A stretch of 64,000 bases of DNA from Eledone cirrhosa. Its lineage: Eukaryota. The stretch's first letter is position 1, and each line of letters starts with the position of its first letter. The stretch is taken from positions 363,940,001 to 364,004,000 of the forward strand of contig OZ024741.1 of NCBI GenBank assembly GCA_964016885.1, read 5' to 3'. The position numbers were made by a program, and so were the translations under genes. Below the pieces are notes generated by a model, which was given only the letters and a program-made list of their open reading frames with translations, ran no database searches and was not told the origin of the DNA. Shown piece by piece: positions 60,343 to 64,000 of this stretch.

Positions 60343-61095
60343 CATACGCAGACTAGAGAGGAACGAAGCTTGCATGCTCCGCTGGATGTGTAACAGTAAT
60401 ATACGTGAACGGCAAAGCATAAACGAACTAAGGAAAAAATTAGAGATAAGAGGGATCAGATGTTGTTTACTCGAGAGAAGGCTACGTTGGTATGGACACG
60501 TGATGCGCATGAAAGTCGATAGCTGTATAACAAAGTGCAGGGCAATAAAGATAGACGGTAGTCACGGAATAGGCAGACCTAGAAAAACCTGGGACGAGCT
60601 GATAAACTCCGACATCACACACTTACACCTCTCCAAGACAATGTCACTGGACCGAGACCTTTGGCGGTACTCAGTAACAGAGAAGACCCGCCTTACCTAA
60701 ATATATAGTAAAACCTACTCCAGCCAGTAGGCATCTCTAACAAAATACACCCCGTCCCACCACCCCCACCCGATCCACACCACCCCGTTCTATGTAAAGT
60801 TATGTTGGTGCCGCGCCATCGAGGCCGAAACAAATGAGATCGTGTAGGTGTCACGACAAAAAAACACACAGTCCACGCTGTAATGTGGCCGTGTAGGCAA
60901 CACGGTAAAAACCTCCCAGACCCACACTGTAAATGTGGTTGGTGTTAGGAAGGGCATCCAACTGTAGAAAACCTGCCAGACAGTCCTATGCGAGCAAGAC
61001 AATCACTCTTGCCTCAAGTGGGACTACCCCCGTCCAAACCCATGCAAGCGTGGAACACGGACGTTAAACGTTGATGATGATGATGATGATGATGA
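60343..61095 (+). mobile_element. RTE LINE 3' fragment, same subfamily as 43628-45755
   Basis: IRRLERNEACMLRWMC...EKTRLT and 3' UTR nearly identical to the reverse complement of 43628-44360. Confidence 0.93.
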
Positions 61096-61215
61096 TAAGA
61101 GAGTGTAATGCAGTTTTCGTTCAATTTCTGTGTATTGCCAATTACGATTTTATTTGATGTATCATATCTACATGCATATATACTTATGTATATCAATATG
61201 CACACTACACATGCC

Positions 61216-61251
61216 AGCAGAAAACCACCCGAAGGGTAGTTTTTCTGCTAG
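61216..61251 (+). other. Hairpin ending in CTAG|T, possible Helitron 3' terminus
   Basis: AGCAGAAAACCACCC-GAA-GGGTAGTTTTTCTGCT followed by AG|T; no 5' end identified. Confidence 0.4.
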
Positions 61252-61905
61252 TGTAATATATAAAAATTGAAGATATTTTTAGTTTAAGGTATTATTTTAA
61301 AAAAAAAAGATTTTCTTTAACTGTTATGGAGATCATTAAAAACACTAGTGGGTATTGAAATGAATAGGGAATAGTTGAAAAAGATCAACCAAGAGAACAT
61401 TGTATAAGGATTGAGAGTAGAAGGGGGAGGAAGAGAAAGCAAGTGAGAGAGGAGAGATAGAGCGAGAAAAATGGAGGGTGAGACCGAGGGAAGGGAGAGA
61501 GAAAAATTGAGCGAAATAAAACAAAACAAGATTGGAAGAAAAATCATAATTAAATCAGAGATCAGTTGGCACTCGTGTGCATATAAGTATGCATGTGCAC
61601 GTGTGTATGCATATATGTGTAGGTGATATTTATGTATTATTTATAAAAATTTGTTGGGAATGTTCTGAAGGCAATGCATAAATAAAATTCCCAACAATAT
61701 AGCAAATGTACAAAAACAGTTTCATTATAAAATAATAACTCCAGATATTTTAGCACCTTATTTACGTAGAATTTGAAGTTGGTGAAAACCATCGAACTAT
61801 TGACCCCAAATATAAGCCGACCCTCCTCCCATTTGACCATTGATTCTTTGGTCATATATTCCCCGGCATTTCAACTTCATTTTCCTATATTATATATATA
61901 TATAA

Positions 61906-61946
<41 letters not shown>

Positions 61947-62757
61947 TATATATATATATATATATAAGTATTGAAGTTTCCATTGAAAATTGAAAAAGTC
62001 ATAGGAGTGAAGAGTGCTCTATGTAAGTACCAGAGCTAAATTTAATGTATAATAAACAATACAATATAATTACCTAATTACCAGAGGTTTCCCGAATAAG
62101 ACGAATACAAGAAACATCCTCATTCGTTCGTCGGACAAGGCAATTTAAAACTGAAATATTTGAAAAATCTCAAGAAAGGCAAAAGTTTAACGGGCAAAAA
62201 AAATATATAAATAAAAGTAATGCAAGATATATATAAAAATAAAATAAGGAAATATAGTTAGGGTATGTGTATAAATGTGTGTATATTCACTCACAAATGT
62301 ACATATGTGTGTATGTACAAATACATGTGTATAGTGAAAAAATGTGTGCGTAAGTACATATATGAGGGCAAGCATATCAGTTATGTGTGACCACAAATAC
62401 GTATATAATATATGTTGAAAAAGAAATTGTAAGATAATAGAGTTAACGTACATCCAGACTCAGGTACTAAGGACTGAAATATATACACATACAAGTATGA
62501 AAGCACGCGCATAAACACACACACACGCGCGCAACCACATACATGCGAGTGATATATACAAAGAAGGGAGTGTATGAGTCAAAGCAATGTTAGGCTGAAG
62601 GTCAATACATATATATAAAAAAGAAAAAAATGAAAAAATATGAGAATAAAAAAATAGAATCAAAGAGAAAATAAGAGGGAGGGGTTATCAATTATAAAGT
62701 AACACTAGAAAAAATAGAAAACAAACAGGTTCGTACATACACATATATATATATATA

Positions 62758-62788
<31 letters not shown>

Positions 62789-62801
62789 TAGATATATATA
62801 T

Positions 62802-62856
62802 ATGTAAGTATGTATGTATACGTACATACATATATGTATACAGACGTACAGTAGCA

Positions 62857-62896
<40 letters not shown>

Positions 62897-63164
62897 TACA
62901 TACATATATATATATATATATATACATATATACATATATACATACATATATATATATATATATATACATATATACATACAGGTACACATACATATATGCA
63001 TGCATCAGTTTAGCGGACGCTTATTATAACGCCGCTTTGTTCGTTTGTCAACACCGTATGGCATAAATTCAGGCTGTTCAGTTTGTTGACAAACGAACAA
63101 AGCGGCGTTATAATAAGCGTCCGCTAAACTGATGCGTGCATATATGTACGTGTACCTGTATGTA

Positions 63165-63202
<38 letters not shown>

Positions 63203-63318
63203 TGCTACTGTACGTCTGTATACATATATGTATGTACGTATACATACATACTTACATTTAAGTAAGTGCCATACTAAGAGTGAGAAATGAAATTTCGTTT
63301 TCATTTTTTTCAACTGAT
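62802..63318 (+). mobile_element. Palindromic member of the 468-bp repeat family (inverted arm + sense arm + ~60-nt tail)
   Basis: Arms 62802-63053 and 63084-63257, 30-nt loop, tail 63258-63318. Homologous to the 3764-5940 unit; lies in (TA)n. Confidence 0.88.
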
Positions 63319-63354
63319 ATATATATATATATATACATACACACATAGTAATAT

Positions 63355-63402
<48 letters not shown>

Positions 63403-63403
<1 letters not shown>

Positions 63404-64000
63404 GTAAACCCCTATACTTAGCCTTTGTCGACTTGGAGAAAGCCTTCGACAGAGTCCCCCGTTCCATTATCTGGTGGGCTCTTAGAAAACTAGGTGTTGA
63501 CGAATGGCTTGTGAGAGCTATACAAGCCATGTATAAAGAAACAGTGAGCAAGGTTAGAATTAACTACGAATATAGTGAAGAGTTTAGCGTAAAAGTTGGT
63601 GTCCATCAGGGCTCTGTTCTTAGCCCCCTACTATTCATTATTGCTCTTCAGACTATAACAGAGGAGTTCAAGACCGGCTTCCCATGGGAACTCCTATACG
63701 CAGATGACCTAACGCTCATAGCTGAATCAATGGCCGAGCTAGAGAAGAAATTCCAAACATGGAAGCACGGCCTAGAATCAAAAGGCCTTAAAATTAACCT
63801 GGCTAAGACTAAAGTTCTAGTTTGTAGGAAAGAAAATAAGGCGCCGGTCCCTTCCGGGAAATGGCCATGCTCAGTGTGTAGGAAAGGCGTAGGGAGAAAC
63901 TCCATTTTATGTCCCAAATGCAAAGTATGGGTGCATAAAAGATGTAGTGGGATCACAGGTAAGCTAACTAAGAACACAGATTTTACATGTGGCCGGTGCT
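63403..64000 (+). mobile_element. RTE LINE RT fragment (subfamily of 43628-45755), runs off window
   Basis: KPLYLAFVDLEKAFDRVP...GVHQGSVLSP...YADD...WPCSVCRKG. Confidence 0.93.

Overview
AT-rich, repeat-dense animal genomic DNA. The SINE/RTE complement resembles coleoid cephalopod (Octopus-like) repeats; this is an inference from remembered families, not a search. No host protein-coding exon can be supported, and most long ORFs are artefacts of (TA)n/(TACA)n microsatellites. Recognisable content: six RTE-clade LINE copies or fragments, a CR1-group LINE fragment, a decayed Tc1/mariner transposase, a non-autonomous Helitron, piggyBac-like and pogo-like MITEs, and many tRNA-derived SINEs. The standout is a ~4.5-copy 468-bp non-coding tandem array (3764-5940). 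Each full unit carries, on the minus strand, a minimal type-I hammerhead-like motif with a palindromic stem III and a non-canonical U.U closing of stem II. A second member of this family (62802-63318) has the same two termini, and an unrelated element (20.4 kb) has the same U.U hammerhead variant. Several other fold-back 'palindrome + 3' tail' insertions sit in or beside (TA)n. Together these suggest a retrozyme-like / non-autonomous Penelope-like system.
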